Below are positions 50,989 to 64,000 of a stretch of DNA of 64,000 nucleotides, piece by piece. The DNA lies in NCBI GenBank assembly GCA_001687465.1, contig LVLI01000127.1:1-64000 (forward strand), written 5' to 3'. Source of the stretch: Halocafeteria seosinensis (taxonomy: Eukaryota). Positions within the stretch are counted from its first letter, which is position 1. Every line of letters begins with the position of its first letter. A model generated the notes under the pieces. That model was not told the DNA's origin, did not search any database, and saw only the letters and a list, made by a program, of their open reading frames with translations. The translations under genes and the position numbers were made by a program.

Positions 50989-52307
50989 TCTCCTGTGTCG
51001 CACACAATACGAACACTATCGTGCTCATCTACTACCAGCATTGTAAATTCAACTATATCGGGGCATACAGGACTGTACAGCATGGTAAACGAGCACTACA
51101 ACGCGTTTGTGAAGCCCCCGACAAACCGTCGAGGAAGTAGTTTGGTAGCAACTTGTTTTCTGACCAACAAGTGACAGCCATTTGGGGTAGTCATTATGTA
51201 AATACCGTACGTCAAAGGTTACCTTTTGTAATCATTAAACGAGTCGTCACGTGTTCCTGGTATACAGTGACGTTAAATGCACATGTGGGCGGTGCTGCGG
51301 TGGAAATTTTCCAGGAATCGCTTATCGATAATTGTCTTGAAGTACAGGTCGATCTCAACGGTCCAAGACAATTCAGAGACGATGTTGTCGCCAGGGTCCA
51401 CAAGTAAGGACATGATTGTGTGACAGGCGACATGCGAAACCCCAGATAAAGGGTATATAGTTGGTTGAGTGTGCCACCAATCCGTGGCTTCAGCAGGGAT
51501 TCATCTACTTATTCGGTACATTGGCTGGACTGCCTTGGTTCTGCTTTTTTATTCCGGTGAGGCAATTACTTCGACTCAATACACTACTAAAGAATTGGAC
51601 GCATCCCTCATGAGTCGTGTTTTGGTCAAACAGCTCAAACGAGTCACAAGCATACTGTACGTCCAGCTGTGCCCAAAAGAATGCGTCGCTGTTGGTCGTA
51701 CTCTTCACTGGCTAGCCTGGTCTTTGGTGCAGCTTCTGGAAATGTTCGTGGCTCAACGGTACTGTACACACTGTGTACAGTTCTTCCTGCGGAGAGGTAC
51801 TTCCAAAAAAAGGTTAAGTAAAGAGTACGGTTGTAGCAGAGAAGGAGCCGGATCATTGAATTCTGTGTTTTCAGCACTAGCAGTTCACAACAGCAGCTTC
51901 ATTGAGATACAATCAACAGTGTTCTGCATGTAATTCAACCAATGACGATTTTCTTCTAATCCACTGACTGCATAGCGCCTCTCAAGTTCTCTGTTTCTAG
52001 AAGTCCAACTTTTGTTTGTTCGGTCCGTTGACTTGTTTTAACGGCCATATGTGTGTGGGATAGGCAGATCAGACTCAATTTTCCCGGTATTGAGCAGTGT
52101 GAGCGTGAATAGACTAGTTGTACGCATTGTTCAACACTCACTGCACATGGATTTCGCTCTGGATCCCGCTGTATTGTGGTAGTGGGAGCGCCGTTTGGTT
52201 TTTGGACGTTGTGAAACACCGTCGTTCAGTGGCTTTTCTGGAGCGTATACACAAAGACTCGGGTGGCTCACTCGTTGGATAGTTGCCCCAGAGATAGGAG
52301 AAGGACG

Positions 52308-55300
52308 ATGTCGGGTCGAGACCGAAGTTTTCGAAGCAAACAACTCTCTACGAGCTCTGGAGGAGGAAGTCAAGCTCAGCAGATACCCGGCGAAGAGCAT
52401 GTAGGTGCCGAAAGTAAGCATGGGGCTCCTCAGAGACAGGGGAGGGATCCTCGAGCCGTATTTGGTGAAACCAGTGTGGACGAGGAACGTAAACACACTA
52501 TGGTACGTGCACGTGACGCGCTCGCATTGTGGCCCGATGTCGCAACCTGTACGTCGCATTCGATTCGATCGTACTGCAGACACCATCCGAGCTCTACTGG
52601 ACGATGCATGGACAGCGTCAGGCAAGCAAGGCGAAGAGACGCCAAGGTAGTCCGCAAAAGTCGGGCGCAGCGTATAACGCAACTTCGACAGTCCATGGAG
52701 GTGAAGGCAAGGAGAAAAAGCAAGGCGAAAGCTGGGACCAAACTTACAGACGCAAAATACAGCGTGAACAAGATGAGGGTAAATCTCCCGAAATTATAGA
52801 AGTATGTTATGGGTACAGCCAGCAACGAGAGGGAAATCCACCATGACTACATCAACTTCTCCCTTCTTCCTTGCAGTTGTTGAATATTGCAGACCATACG
52901 AGACAGGTAGAGAGCTCAGTACCAATGACAAAGCCTCTGTTTTCCACAAAGCCGGGATGTATCGAGTTTAGGAACTTTCAACCGTTTGAAGAAACTACAC
53001 AGAAGCTGAAGCTGATGAACCAGGACTCAGTATGTCCATTGCGAAATCTTATCGCTTGAGCTGACCGATGTAGCCTTTCCTCGTATATGTTACAGGTTCC
53101 TCGCCGCGTTCGTGTGGTACAACCAGATACTCCGTTTTTCAGAGTGACTGGGCCTGTGTCCACTGCTGGAACGCCCCTCGCAGATTCCCGTGTGGCCCCA
53201 GGGGTAGAGGTGGTCTTTTTCATCCACTTTAAACCACAGGAATGTAAGGATTACGCTTACGATGTTGTCGTGGTCACAGAGCGGGAGAAGTTTGTGGTAC
53301 CTTTGAGAGCTATTGGTCCCCGACCTTTTTTGACTTTCCCTGATCGGTTAGAGTTTCAATCAGTGACAGTCAAAAGCTCATCCACACGCACCTTTGTTGT
53401 TAGGAATATTGGAGATAAAGTTTGCCAGTTTTTCTTATCGGTTCAAGATTATCAAGATGATGGAAGACAGGATGATACCTTAAACCAACTGTCTATGTAT
53501 AGCAAGTCGCTTACCCAAGAATCTAGTGGTGTATCTTTACTACGTGGTGTGCAGGCTTGGGATGTCTCACCTCGAGAGGGCACTGTCCCAGTGGGGGGAA
53601 ATATGCAAATAACAGTCCGATTTACGCCTTATGAAAGCCGATGGTACAAAGGTCGCTTAACTGTCTCTTATAGCGAGGGGGTGGACGTTCATGTCGGGCT
53701 GGAGGGCAAAGCGTACGACGTAAATGTGTTTCTCGATTCCGACAGTCTCGTTATGGAGAAATCCTACATAACGCTGACGTCCCAAAATAGTTGCTATGTA
53801 TATAACAAAAGCGATATGCCCGTGCACTACTCTTGGAAAGCCATAGCTCGGAAAGAAGGAGAAAATAACGAACGACTGAGGTTGTGTGAAAAATTGCAGC
53901 AACTGTATGAACGAGAACGTTCTAGTATTGTCGAACAAGAGACTCTAAGACCAGCTTCACCTGAAAACATAAGTGACGAGGGAGATGCATACTACGACGA
54001 ACATGCGAATCTAGAGGCCAACGAATTCAATGCGATACTACCGCTGGACTCAAAGGCCAAACTTTCGGCAATTGAGCGAAAATATCAAAATTTGTTCCGC
54101 CAAGTTATGTTTGATGAACTACTGTTTACCGACGGCGCTTTCAAGATTGAGCCCATACAGGGAACTATTTGGGCGCATAGTCATCAGCAGTTTTCGGTGA
54201 CGTTTACACCATCTACCGCCGCCACTTATCGAATAACGGCTTTTTTGGAAGTATCTGGGAGAGAGTCAAGGTTACCATTACAGCTTTCAGGTATGGGAAT
54301 CGGACCTAAAGCAGCATTTAACTTTGACATAATGGACGTTGGTGACATATTCGTTTCGTCCACGCACCACTATTTACTGACCATGACAAATAAGGGAGAC
54401 ATTCCTGCGGAATGGTCTGTGGCAAACCCGACCACCCCGTTTGGTAGCAAGTTTAGTTTTGATCCTTCTCAAGGCGTTCTCGCAGTAGGATCTGCGCAAA
54501 ACATCATGGTTAATTTTAGCAGCGATCTCCTAGGAGAATTCAGCGAAATCTTCGAATTTAAATTGGAGGGATCTATGGAGCCCCTCTACGTCCAGTTTAA
54601 GGGTCACGTTATTGGGCCTACGTTTCATGCCGACGTTGATGAGTTAGGCTTTGGAATTGTTCCGTATGAGTTCTTGGCTACGAAAAAGTTCAAGTTGTAC
54701 AATACATCCGACACTAAATTTTCGTTTGATATGCGCGTTCCCCACGACGAAACAGAGTTTGAGCGAGAATTCGATATTGTACCTCCGAGAGTCGAGGTAG
54801 ATGCAGACAGTTCCGCTGAGGTTACCGTTGATTTTGTCAGCCGTCATGCTAAGGAATATGATTGCTATCTTGCGGTGGACGTCGTGGGGGTAGGGAGGGA
54901 CTTACTTTCCATCCCCATCAAGGCGCACTGCGTTGTTCCTCCCGTTCGTTCAAAAGATCACCAAATTGAGTTTGGCACAGCGTTTCTAGGGTACCCGTAT
55001 CGGAAGACGGTACGCCTGGTCAATGACGGTGATCTGCCGGCGCGATATGAAGTACTACCTCAAGAAGAGCAGCATGCCTTTGTCGCTGCATTTCACACTT
55101 TTGACCCTCGAGGCACGATTCCACCGAATGAAATGCGGGTTGTGGAGTTCGAATTTCGGGCGCATCGGATTGGACCTATCTCTGTCCCGATGCACATTCA
55201 AGTCTCTGGAACGGACACCCCTCTTCTGGTAGAGCTTCGCGCTCGTGGTAGTGGTCCCGTTGTTTCAGCAAAACCTGCTTCTTTGGACTGGGGCAAGATT

Positions 55301-58300
55301 CCGTGCTTGCACGATAGACATTTGTCATTGCAGTTACAGAACACTTCACTGATATCTGCGCCCTTCAAGACCTTCTTGAAGAATCCACGGTCTAAATTTG
55401 CCGTTGACGTTGTTGACGGCGTCATCGAGCCCGGGGAGAAAACGGAACTTACTCTTACGGCCCACGTAGATGACACGATTCAACACAAGGATTATTTATA
55501 CGTTGTTATTGAGAACAGTGATAGCGTAGTGGTTCCCTTAAAGGCTACTGGCACAGGGACCACTATCTATTGTGAGGACGATTTGGAAACGATAGACTTT
55601 GATTACCAATTTACGCGTCGTCCTTTTAAGAAGTCATTTATCTTAGAGAATCGCGGTCGACGGACGCAGACGTTGTTTTGGGCAAATTCCACTGCGAAAG
55701 CTCGTGAAAGTGGCAAAGGAAAGGGTAAGGAGCGTGAATCCGACGAATCAACAGCAATTTTTTCGGTTGAACCATCTAGTGTAACTCTGAAACCACGAAC
55801 TGCGTGTGTGTTTACTGTGCATGGAATGTGTTCACAACGGGGGAATGTTGAAGAGACTCTTGAGTGTTCGTCGAGAGTCGCTGATGATAATCTTACGCGA
55901 GTCATATTCAATAGTTGCGTGAAGGCTCGTCTGATTCAACCTGTAATTTCTGCGGATCCCCCAAGTTTCTGTTTTGAATACTTCTACAAAGTGGGCGAGA
56001 CACCTGCAGGCATCGCTCCACGAGAGAAGACACTCCAGGAAGCTCCTTTAACTATACAGAATGAATCGAATCTGCAGCTTTCTTGCTCTTTGCAGTGCGG
56101 TTCAGCGTTTGACATTGAACCGAAGCATTGCAAAATCCAAGCCAAAGGGAGTTATGACTTGACAGTATACTTTGATCCTGGGTTTGGACAGGAGTTGCAA
56201 AGTAAGACTCTCGATGACTGCATTAAGGTACGTTACGAAGAACATCCACATACTGATGCAATTCCGCTTCGAGGGTCTATGAACTTTCCGAATCTAGAGA
56301 TTGAATATTCTCACGTGGAATTCGGGCATGTTCTGAACGACACAACGAAAACTCAAAGGGTTCTAGTGTCAAACTGTAGTAACTGTCCCGCGGAGGTCTC
56401 GTGGTCGTTCCTGGAAGACGAACGTGGAGCAGGGGACGCTAATTCTCGTCTTCCCCACATTCCTGTCAACCAAGTGTTCGATATTCTTCCGGTGAGATTT
56501 CGTCTCGAACCGTACGAGGCGGAGTATGTCGAATTCGCATTTTATGCACACGAAGATCGGAGTTTCACGGGAACAGCCGTGTGTGAGGTAGCAGGAGGCC
56601 CAACGTACGAGTTAGAACTGAGCGGCTCCGGGGGCTCCTTAGGATACGAGCTAAGCAAGGATAGCATTGACTTTGGCCAATGCCTATTTGATCGCCAGCA
56701 CGAGGAAGTGCTCACGCTATATAATACCAGTCGGGTGAACTTCTCGTATAATATAAGAACTTCACTCCTGAGTCGCGAAGACATTTTCGTTGTTCAACCC
56801 GCGAGTGGCGTTGTAGCCGGGAATGACAAACAGACTCTTTCGATAAAACTACTCCCTGGGATTCCAGGATTAGTTGAAGAGACTTTAGTGCTGGAGGTTG
56901 CCCACTTTGAACCGATAATGGTTAAAGTACGGGCAGAGTCTATCGCTGCTTCCGTCGTTGCCCGCTTACCCCGACGCATCACTGTGCTTTGGGAGCAGGC
57001 GTGTGAATCCTCGTTACAGAAATTTGTAGATGGGTTGACTAAGGAGGAAAACTCTGGTGACAATGTGCACATGAGTTCGTTCTTGTCATCTCTATCACTA
57101 GAGTCTTCCGATTTTTCTGCCTCCTCTGGACCAGCAGAGCTGATGGGAGGGAGCCAAAGTTCGCTTCAGGAGGGGGAAAAGCAACAATTGATAAGAGTTT
57201 ACACTGAGGTTGCTAAGTCTCTAATGTCCAACGAGTCTTTTCGTGCGTCAAGAGCTGATTTCGAGTCCAGTGCTTTCCAGTTTTCCAGGAAAGAACTGCT
57301 GGGCGAAATGGAAAGGGAATGCGTTCGCCAAGCGTTTTCCGGTTTCCTCAGTACTGTTGCCGCATCGTCTGAGGAGGGGAAAAACGTGAGCTGGTGGACA
57401 ATTCTAAAGCAATACAAAAATAAATCCACCGCTCTAGATCAAATATTGGATCGCGCCTTGTCAAGCGGGTATGAAACTCTCTCGCTGAAGGCTCAGCGTG
57501 TCGGAGACCGGTCGTTAAGCGTACCAGAGCGGTTTGTAGCTTGTCGTTACGTTTTAGATTTTGGAACCATTGTTGCTGGTGGGATCAAGAAGAAAACATG
57601 CCAGATTAGTAATATTGGCGGTATATCTTGCAGCTTCACTGTGGATGGGCAAATAGCGCGGTATATTGGGTTCCGAATTGAGCCCACCAAAGTATCTAAT
57701 CTTCCTCAAGGGGAGTCTGCCGAAATTAGTGTTGAGTATGCAGCGACAATGGAGAAGTTTGATGTTAAAGCGCCTACACAGGATCTAGTGTATTCGTCAC
57801 TGTGCGAGCCGAAAGAACTTTCAGGAAAACTGCCTCTGGGCAGACGCACAGTCGAGGTTCCTGTCTGGGTCAATAACGGTCCTGCCATTATGTTAGAGTT
57901 GCGCGCGAATGTGTGTGTACCTCATGTGCAGATACTACAGCCTAAAGAGCTGTCTTTCGGTACGCTTCTAGTTGGGCAAGCCGCTTGCGCATCTATTGAA
58001 ATATTTAATCCCTGCCCTATATCCGTTTGTTGGAAGCAGACATTACCAAAGGTTAGAGGTACAATCGAGGAGTCAGCATTTGATGCGTATCCAAGCGAGG
58101 GTACGTTGCTACCCTTGCAACATAGCGTGGTTGACGTCGTCTTCGCTCCCCGTTCACCAGGTGAATCGCAAAGCACGTTCCTCTTTACTTCAGACCGTCG
58201 CGCTCCCGCAGCAAATATTGTTGTTCGTGGAAGTGCCCGTGCTCCGCTTGTCAAGCTAGACCCGACCTCAGTGGGATTTGGGCCTTGCTTTCCGTGTGCT

Positions 58301-61300
58301 TCTTCTACATATACGGATGTGCGGTTGGTTAACGACGAAGAGAACGATGTCGAGGTGTTTTCGATGGACTTTGATCCTGTTGCTAAGCAAGAGGCGGATT
58401 TAATCGAGGAAGCGGGGTCAGAAGGTTGTATTGGACTTTTGTTGCGAGACTTTGGTAAATCCGGATACCAATTCTTGCGAGATTCCTTAAGCCGTCTCAA
58501 TGATCAAAACATGTTCAGTGAAGATAAGCTTCTGCCATTTTACCAAGTTCACAGTGATTTCCCTGACGATTTAGGCCGTTCCCGAGAGAACAGTCGAGGA
58601 TCGAAGATTTGGGCTGCCGACGTCGTCTCTCCTCGGGGACAGGTGCAAGCCTTGGATGTGGTCGTCGTCGGCCCTCCACTATGTGGTAAAACCACCTACG
58701 CTACGAGACTGTGCGAGGATATGGACTTGCTCTATATTACCGTTGATGACTGTATTGAATGGGCAAGGAGCGGTTGGGGTGGAAGCTTGTTGCAAGACTC
58801 AGTTCTGCTGGATATGGCGCACTCCTTCATTGAGAAGGAACGGATGAAACAAGAACGACCGGAGTCTTCGGACTCAGCAAAGAAGTCTAATAAGAAGTCA
58901 AGTGCACGCAAAGCATCGAAAGATGCTGAGGCTGAAGAGCACTCCGTCGTTGACATTGATACCGCGGTGGAGATGGCAAGACAAGACACTCTTTCGTCTG
59001 CTTCAGTTACCTATAACGTGCTTGTATCTATTTTTCGCAGCCGTCTCACTCGATTTGATGCGTCCTCTGGTGTTGTCGTCGATGGTTTGCATTCCCGGTT
59101 TGCAGATCCGGTAACAGTTTTGCGTGCCCTCAAACAAGGTGACGAACATGGTCGTCTTCATATGATTAATGTCTCTTTATCCACGGAGGAGATCGTGGAG
59201 AGATGGAAACATTTACTTCAAGTCGCTGAAGAACAAGAAACAGTTCCAAAAGAAGGTGGGAATGAGGATGCCGGATCGGGACATCAGGAGGAAACTGCGA
59301 GGTCCGCCTCCGATCTTGTAGTTCGTCTCCGAAAATACTTGGAAGAAGAAGAAAGGCTACCAGAAGAAGAAGTATGCATACAACCTACGGCATCTTGGAA
59401 AAAGGAAGAAGCGGAATTGCGCGTTGTGTGGGATGAAAAGCATCGTGACTCTGTTGGCTCGGTTACGAAAGGGAGTACGAGCCAACCAAAGGAAAGAACA
59501 GAAGAGGAAAAGGAGATAACGAGCGAGGAGGAGCATAAGCCCGAGGAAGAACATGTGGAGGAGACGGAACGTGAAGAAGTAGCACCTGGATCAGGTAGCT
59601 CGCGACATGATGGGCTGGAGAAGGAGACAGATAATAGCGAGTTGCTACCGTCAAGGACGTGGGTGGATGTTTACGTATCGTTGCAGGGAGAGGAGTTTAT
59701 ATCAGAGGTGAAGAAATTGGTATACAAAGACGACCGCTTTGTTTTTTCCGATGACGGATCCACCCTGTCCCCGAGCTATATTTATCAGTCGCGCAGCGAA
59801 GGACTTTCGTTGCCCAAAATGCGTCTCATGTCCTCTCAAGCATACAGGGGAAGCTCTGCTCCTTTGCCAAGAAATTCGAATGGATCTTTTGTATTCTCAG
59901 TCACAAACTGTAACGATGAAAATACCAATTACCGCTGGATGATACCTGCAAAGGCTTATGCAGATTTTAGATTGGTGTTCGCTACTCTGAGCCCCGGGCA
60001 TTTCAACGCGTCTCTGCGCTTTGGAGTCGTCGGATCCCTTCACCAATTAAGGTTGTCAGCAACTGGGTTTTCGACGTGGCCGGACATTGAACGCGACATT
60101 AGTCGTCTCGTTGAGCGGCGGCAAGCTCGAAGACGACGTCGGCCAGCGTTAGCCAGTGCACCCTTTGATGCACTTTCGTGGACTGAAGATAGCTATTTGT
60201 CGGATAAGAAGGAATCAGATATGTTGATTCAACATATTCGGTTTTGGGGCGAAATCAATAAACAGTATGTCTCTGACGAAGGGGTTCTCGACCTTGGTCC
60301 CGTCCCAGCTGCCAGACTTCCGGCACTGCGACACTTCGCCGTGCCGCCACTTGACAGTAAGGAAGCGATAAAGGGAAAAGTTGACAATGCTCCTGTAGCT
60401 GTCAAGTCAGTTATTACAGATGTGGCCAGCAAACATGTTGTCCGGATACGGCTTCGGAACCCTGGTCATGTCCCATGTACACTAAATGTGGGACTTCTTG
60501 GCCCAGATCGCGTCCGGGTATGGAGAATACAGTCGAAGAATGTCCCTTCGGAGAGTCCCAGGCAGAAACCGGAGGGCAGTAAGAGGAAAGGGTCTACTGT
60601 AGATGTTAAAGAAGTCGGATCCCAGCGTTCACCATCATACTTTTCTGATACCGATGAAATGGACCTGCTAACTGGTGACAGGGAACCAGGAGCTTTAGCG
60701 AAGGACACGTCTCGGGGTGACTGGCGTTCTAAGACATCGTCTGCGTTTCTTATTGAGCCTGCTTCAGGTATTGTATTGGAACCTGAAGAATCAACGGAAG
60801 TACTGCTGTGGGCGTTTCCGCCTGAAGAGAGACGATATGAGAACACACTTGTCATCACAGCCCAAGAAAACCCGCATCCACTGCTGATTCCCATAACTTG
60901 CTCCGGTGCGGTGGCGCACTTGTCGTTGCAGGGCACTTGGCGCTCTTCAATGAAGTCACTTATCGAAAGGAACAAAGCGGACGTACTGGCTCCTCTGTAT
61001 GATGCGGCCCAAACCCAGAGTGAGTCGAAGGAGGCTTCTCCGAATGTGGAGGAGGAGTCCAAGAAAGTTGAAAGTGTTTTTGATGATGCCCTGAGGAGCT
61101 CGTCTCCTTTTGGGCTCCTTGGATTTGGAAAGCTGCTTAAAGGAAATAGCGATTCTAAATCTCTTTCCATCGTAAATAGTAGCATTCTCGCAATGGATTG
61201 GTGCGTTGATCCGACTTTCCTCAAGGACAACCCGGCAGTCGATGTGAGTCCCAGTGAGGGTGTTTTGCAACCTGGCGAAACCCTCGCGCTAAAGATTACC

Positions 61301-64000
61301 TACAATACATCCTCGCAAAGTTCTGCCTCTACTATGAACTGTTGTCTTCCCATTTTCTATGGGGAAACGGCTTCTCAAAGCGTCCGCGCCCTAACTGTCA
61401 GTGAAGAGGAAATGTCGCCGGAAGTAAAGGATATGGTTGGCTTCGTTCGAGAGAATGCTGTTACTGAGTTGTCCCAGAAGGAGACGGACTTCGAAGAGTG
61501 TTTAGCTGATGCTTCTGCTAGAGCAAACGAAATTGTTGGCGAAACGTTGGCGACAACCTCACAGAAAGGTAAGGAAGGTAAAAAACCGAAGGCAGAGGCA
61601 AGCAAAGCGGCAGGCGGGGCGAAAGGGAAGAAAGAGGCTGCCAAGACTGGTAAAGGCGGTGGTGGGCAATCCAAAAAAACTGAGAAGAGTGGCTCCATCA
61701 TGGAGGCGTGCTCATTTGAGCAACCGCTCTTTAGTGTGTACAAGGCTGCCCTTCGTCCACCGCTAGATTGCGTTGCTATACGCCTTACAGGGGAAGCTTA
61801 CGAAGTACAACCCAGTATAAGTTTCGCACAGCCGGAAGGCAAGACTTCGACGCCACCGAAAGATCAGAAAAAGCGCAAAGGTAGTGGGAGTGCGCCAGAA
61901 GCACCAGCAGAGCCTCTCTCTGTCGATCTACTAGACTTTGGAAGTATACGTGTGTCTGAGTCCGTAGTGAAATCACTTGCCATAGCGAATAGTGGAAAGT
62001 ATGACATGAAAGTACTCGCGGGTATTGGTGGTTCTAGGAACACTTCTAAGCATGCTCGCCAAAATCGCTTGAGCCGGTTGTGCGGCGATGCAAGTGCCGG
62101 GCGCCACTTTGAAATTTCTCCTACGGAGCACCTCTTGCATCCTGGCGAGACTGTCTCCCTTGATGTTTCATTTTCTCCTTCGGACGAGATTCAAATTCAT
62201 GAGGCAGAAATTCTTGAACTGTCTTTGGTGGATGCGCTTTCAGGACAAGTCAACGAGGTGAAATGGGTAGGAGTAACAGCGTCTTCTAGCTTCTCGTCGT
62301 TCCACTACGCGCCTTCGAAGAGTCTCAACTTTGGTGCGCTTCACTGCGAAGAGTCAAGCACCCGATCGATTCAGTTGTTTAACGATGGAAAGTTTGAGTT
62401 TCGGTATGAACTTGTGGTGCAAGGATCCGATAGAGATAAAGAACTCCTGAATTTATCTACCGGGCCAACGTGGGTTCTGGATCCGTCTGGTTCCGACCGA
62501 CCGGCGAGCGCCAAGCAAGAGAAGACCAAAGGGAAAAAAGGAGGAAGACGTGATTCTGCAGAAGCTGCAGGGGCTTCGTTACAAACTCAAGCCTTTACCC
62601 TCACTCCGAAGATGGGAACTGTGTCTCCCGGTGAAAATGTAACCGTGCAAACTTCGTTTGACGCCACCGTTTTTCCCGATAACCTATCGAGTGCAAAAGT
62701 CCGGTTTCATGTTTCCGGGGCTCCCAATACGGCAGCCGTGGAAAAGAACTCGTGTATTGGTTTAGTTGCGGAAAGCTGTATCCCTAAGGTTGCAAACGAC
62801 TGGAATACTGTATTTGAAGAGCATATGATCATTGACCACGAAGACGATCTAGAGAAGAGTGATCCGGCGGACCGACCTGCGGCATTCGCTGTAGCCGAGC
62901 GGAGGTTTGACATGGGGGTCATTTCTTCCTCCTCAGGCATCGCTGCCGAGAGGTTCCGCTTGATGAACCCGTCAAAGGTCTTTGCCGCTGTACAAGTGAC
63001 CGTTACTTCACTGACAGAACAGGAGGCGCTAACGGTTCAACGACTTGGGCCATCAGCCCTTGAATCAAAAGGCCTCGATCAGAAAAGCTCCTCGAAGCCA
63101 GCGAAGGGTGGGAAATCAGAGTCGGAGAGTCCAAGGGATTCCGATTTCGCTGTTCGTCCCGACACTGCTGAAATTGCTCCCTATGATTCCAGGTATTTTG
63201 ACGTCGAGCTTTCAGCTTCGTCTATCGGGAAGTACTTTGGGATGATTCAAGTCGCTGTTAGCAACGCACCGGAGTCACGTCCGTTCTGGTTCATTGTCTC
63301 ATGTGACCGGACACTTCCCCAAGTTCACGTTGTCTGTCCTGAAAGCCGGGCATCCAGTGGGAACCTCTTAGTCAAGTATGATAACTTACTTGAAGGCGAC
63401 AATGCTGATTCTTCACTGGTCTTGCAAAATCCTGGAAAAGTTCCTTGCTCCGCCCATTTTTCCGCGTCTATTGAATCCGTCCACGTAAATGGGTCTCCTT
63501 TGGAGAAGGATAAATTGAGCGGCATAAGGAACGTGGTCCGTTCTATCTTCACCGTCCCGGATGAAGTGTCCCTGCGTCTCGACGCCGGCGAACGACAGGA
63601 AACTGCAATATCCGCTGCGGTCCCCTCTGATTTTTTCTCAGTTGTTTCAGAAACGTTACATTACGAGAGCCCCGCCAACCGCATCTCGATTATTTGTTTG
63701 TGTTCAATGCATGTACTGAATAACAAATTCGCTCGAGACACTGTCGAAATTCAGGTGGATGTTACAAGAAACATCGTGCAACTGCTCAATATTCCTCCTG
63801 TGCCAGCTTTATGGGTTGCGCGGCAAGGAAAGGTACAAAAGGCGGCTACAGAGGAAAGCGCCAAAGCGCCACAAAAGGGGAAAAAGGGTGGTAAGGCGAA
63901 AGCACCCTCGAAAGAAGTTACTGAGGATATCACTGAATCCGCTCCACCCGTTGGACGAGCATTAGTATTAGGTGAGCTGATAGTACCCAAGTGTGAGGAC
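52308..64000 (+). CDS. HYDIN: HYDIN (central-pair axonemal protein with ASH/Ig-like repeats), 3'-truncated by window end
   Basis: ATG 52308; introns 52503..52579, 52802..52876 and 53030..53095. Translation includes TPSELY..PEIIELLNIADHT, VAPGVEVVFFIHFKPQECKDYAYDVVVVTEREKFVVPLRAIGPRPFLTFPD, many ASH-like repeats and an adenylate-kinase-like GPPLCGKT at 58670. Confidence 0.93.

Noticed and set aside
40379..61230. Long antisense ORFs (40379..41035, 57922..58500, 60466..61230)
   Set aside because: These are shadows of the DOCK and HYDIN coding strands with no independent motifs.
1..64000. Prokaryotic operon, defence system or CRISPR array
   Set aside because: Genes are spliceosomal-intron-containing eukaryotic genes, and no regularly spaced repeat-spacer array was seen.
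1..64000. Alternative genetic code or stop readthrough explaining split ORFs
   Set aside because: The breaks I checked in conserved genes resolve with canonical GT-AG introns in the correct phase. Only the 44.6-49.1 kb island has true lesions.

Overview
This window is eukaryotic, not prokaryotic. It is a compact, gene-dense protist-type region read in the standard genetic code, with short GT-AG introns (mostly ~65-90 nt, often with CTAAC/CTGAC/CTAAT branch-like motifs). HYDIN implies a motile cilium; with TOP6B and a Crinkler-like gene this is compatible with a flagellated stramenopile-like organism (inference only). Recognisable genes: CK2 beta, mitochondrial citrate synthase, a PB1 protein, a GAF-GAF cyclic-nucleotide phosphodiesterase, BUB3, an EF-hand/WD40 protein, ORMDL, a CBS-pair protein, TOP6B, a membrane RING protein, a DOCK GEF, a GT54/MGAT4-like glycosyltransferase and the 5' part of HYDIN, whose giant last exon is absent from the ORF track. 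The most unusual elements are three. (i) A decayed accessory island at ~44.6-49.1 kb holds a disrupted Crinkler/DUF5898-like nuclease-kinase gene, probable retrotransposon and Mutator remnants, and an intron-containing partial duplicate of the neighbouring glycosyltransferase. (ii) An apparent pseudo-methyltransferase is fused to a DUF4050-like domain. (iii) An intron-containing gene carries GCTxxxAxNYxPxAxxDDGSC repeats familiar from marine prokaryotic surface proteins. No rRNA, tRNA or CRISPR was seen. All family calls are by eye; no searches were run, and no complete novel multi-gene system could be demonstrated.
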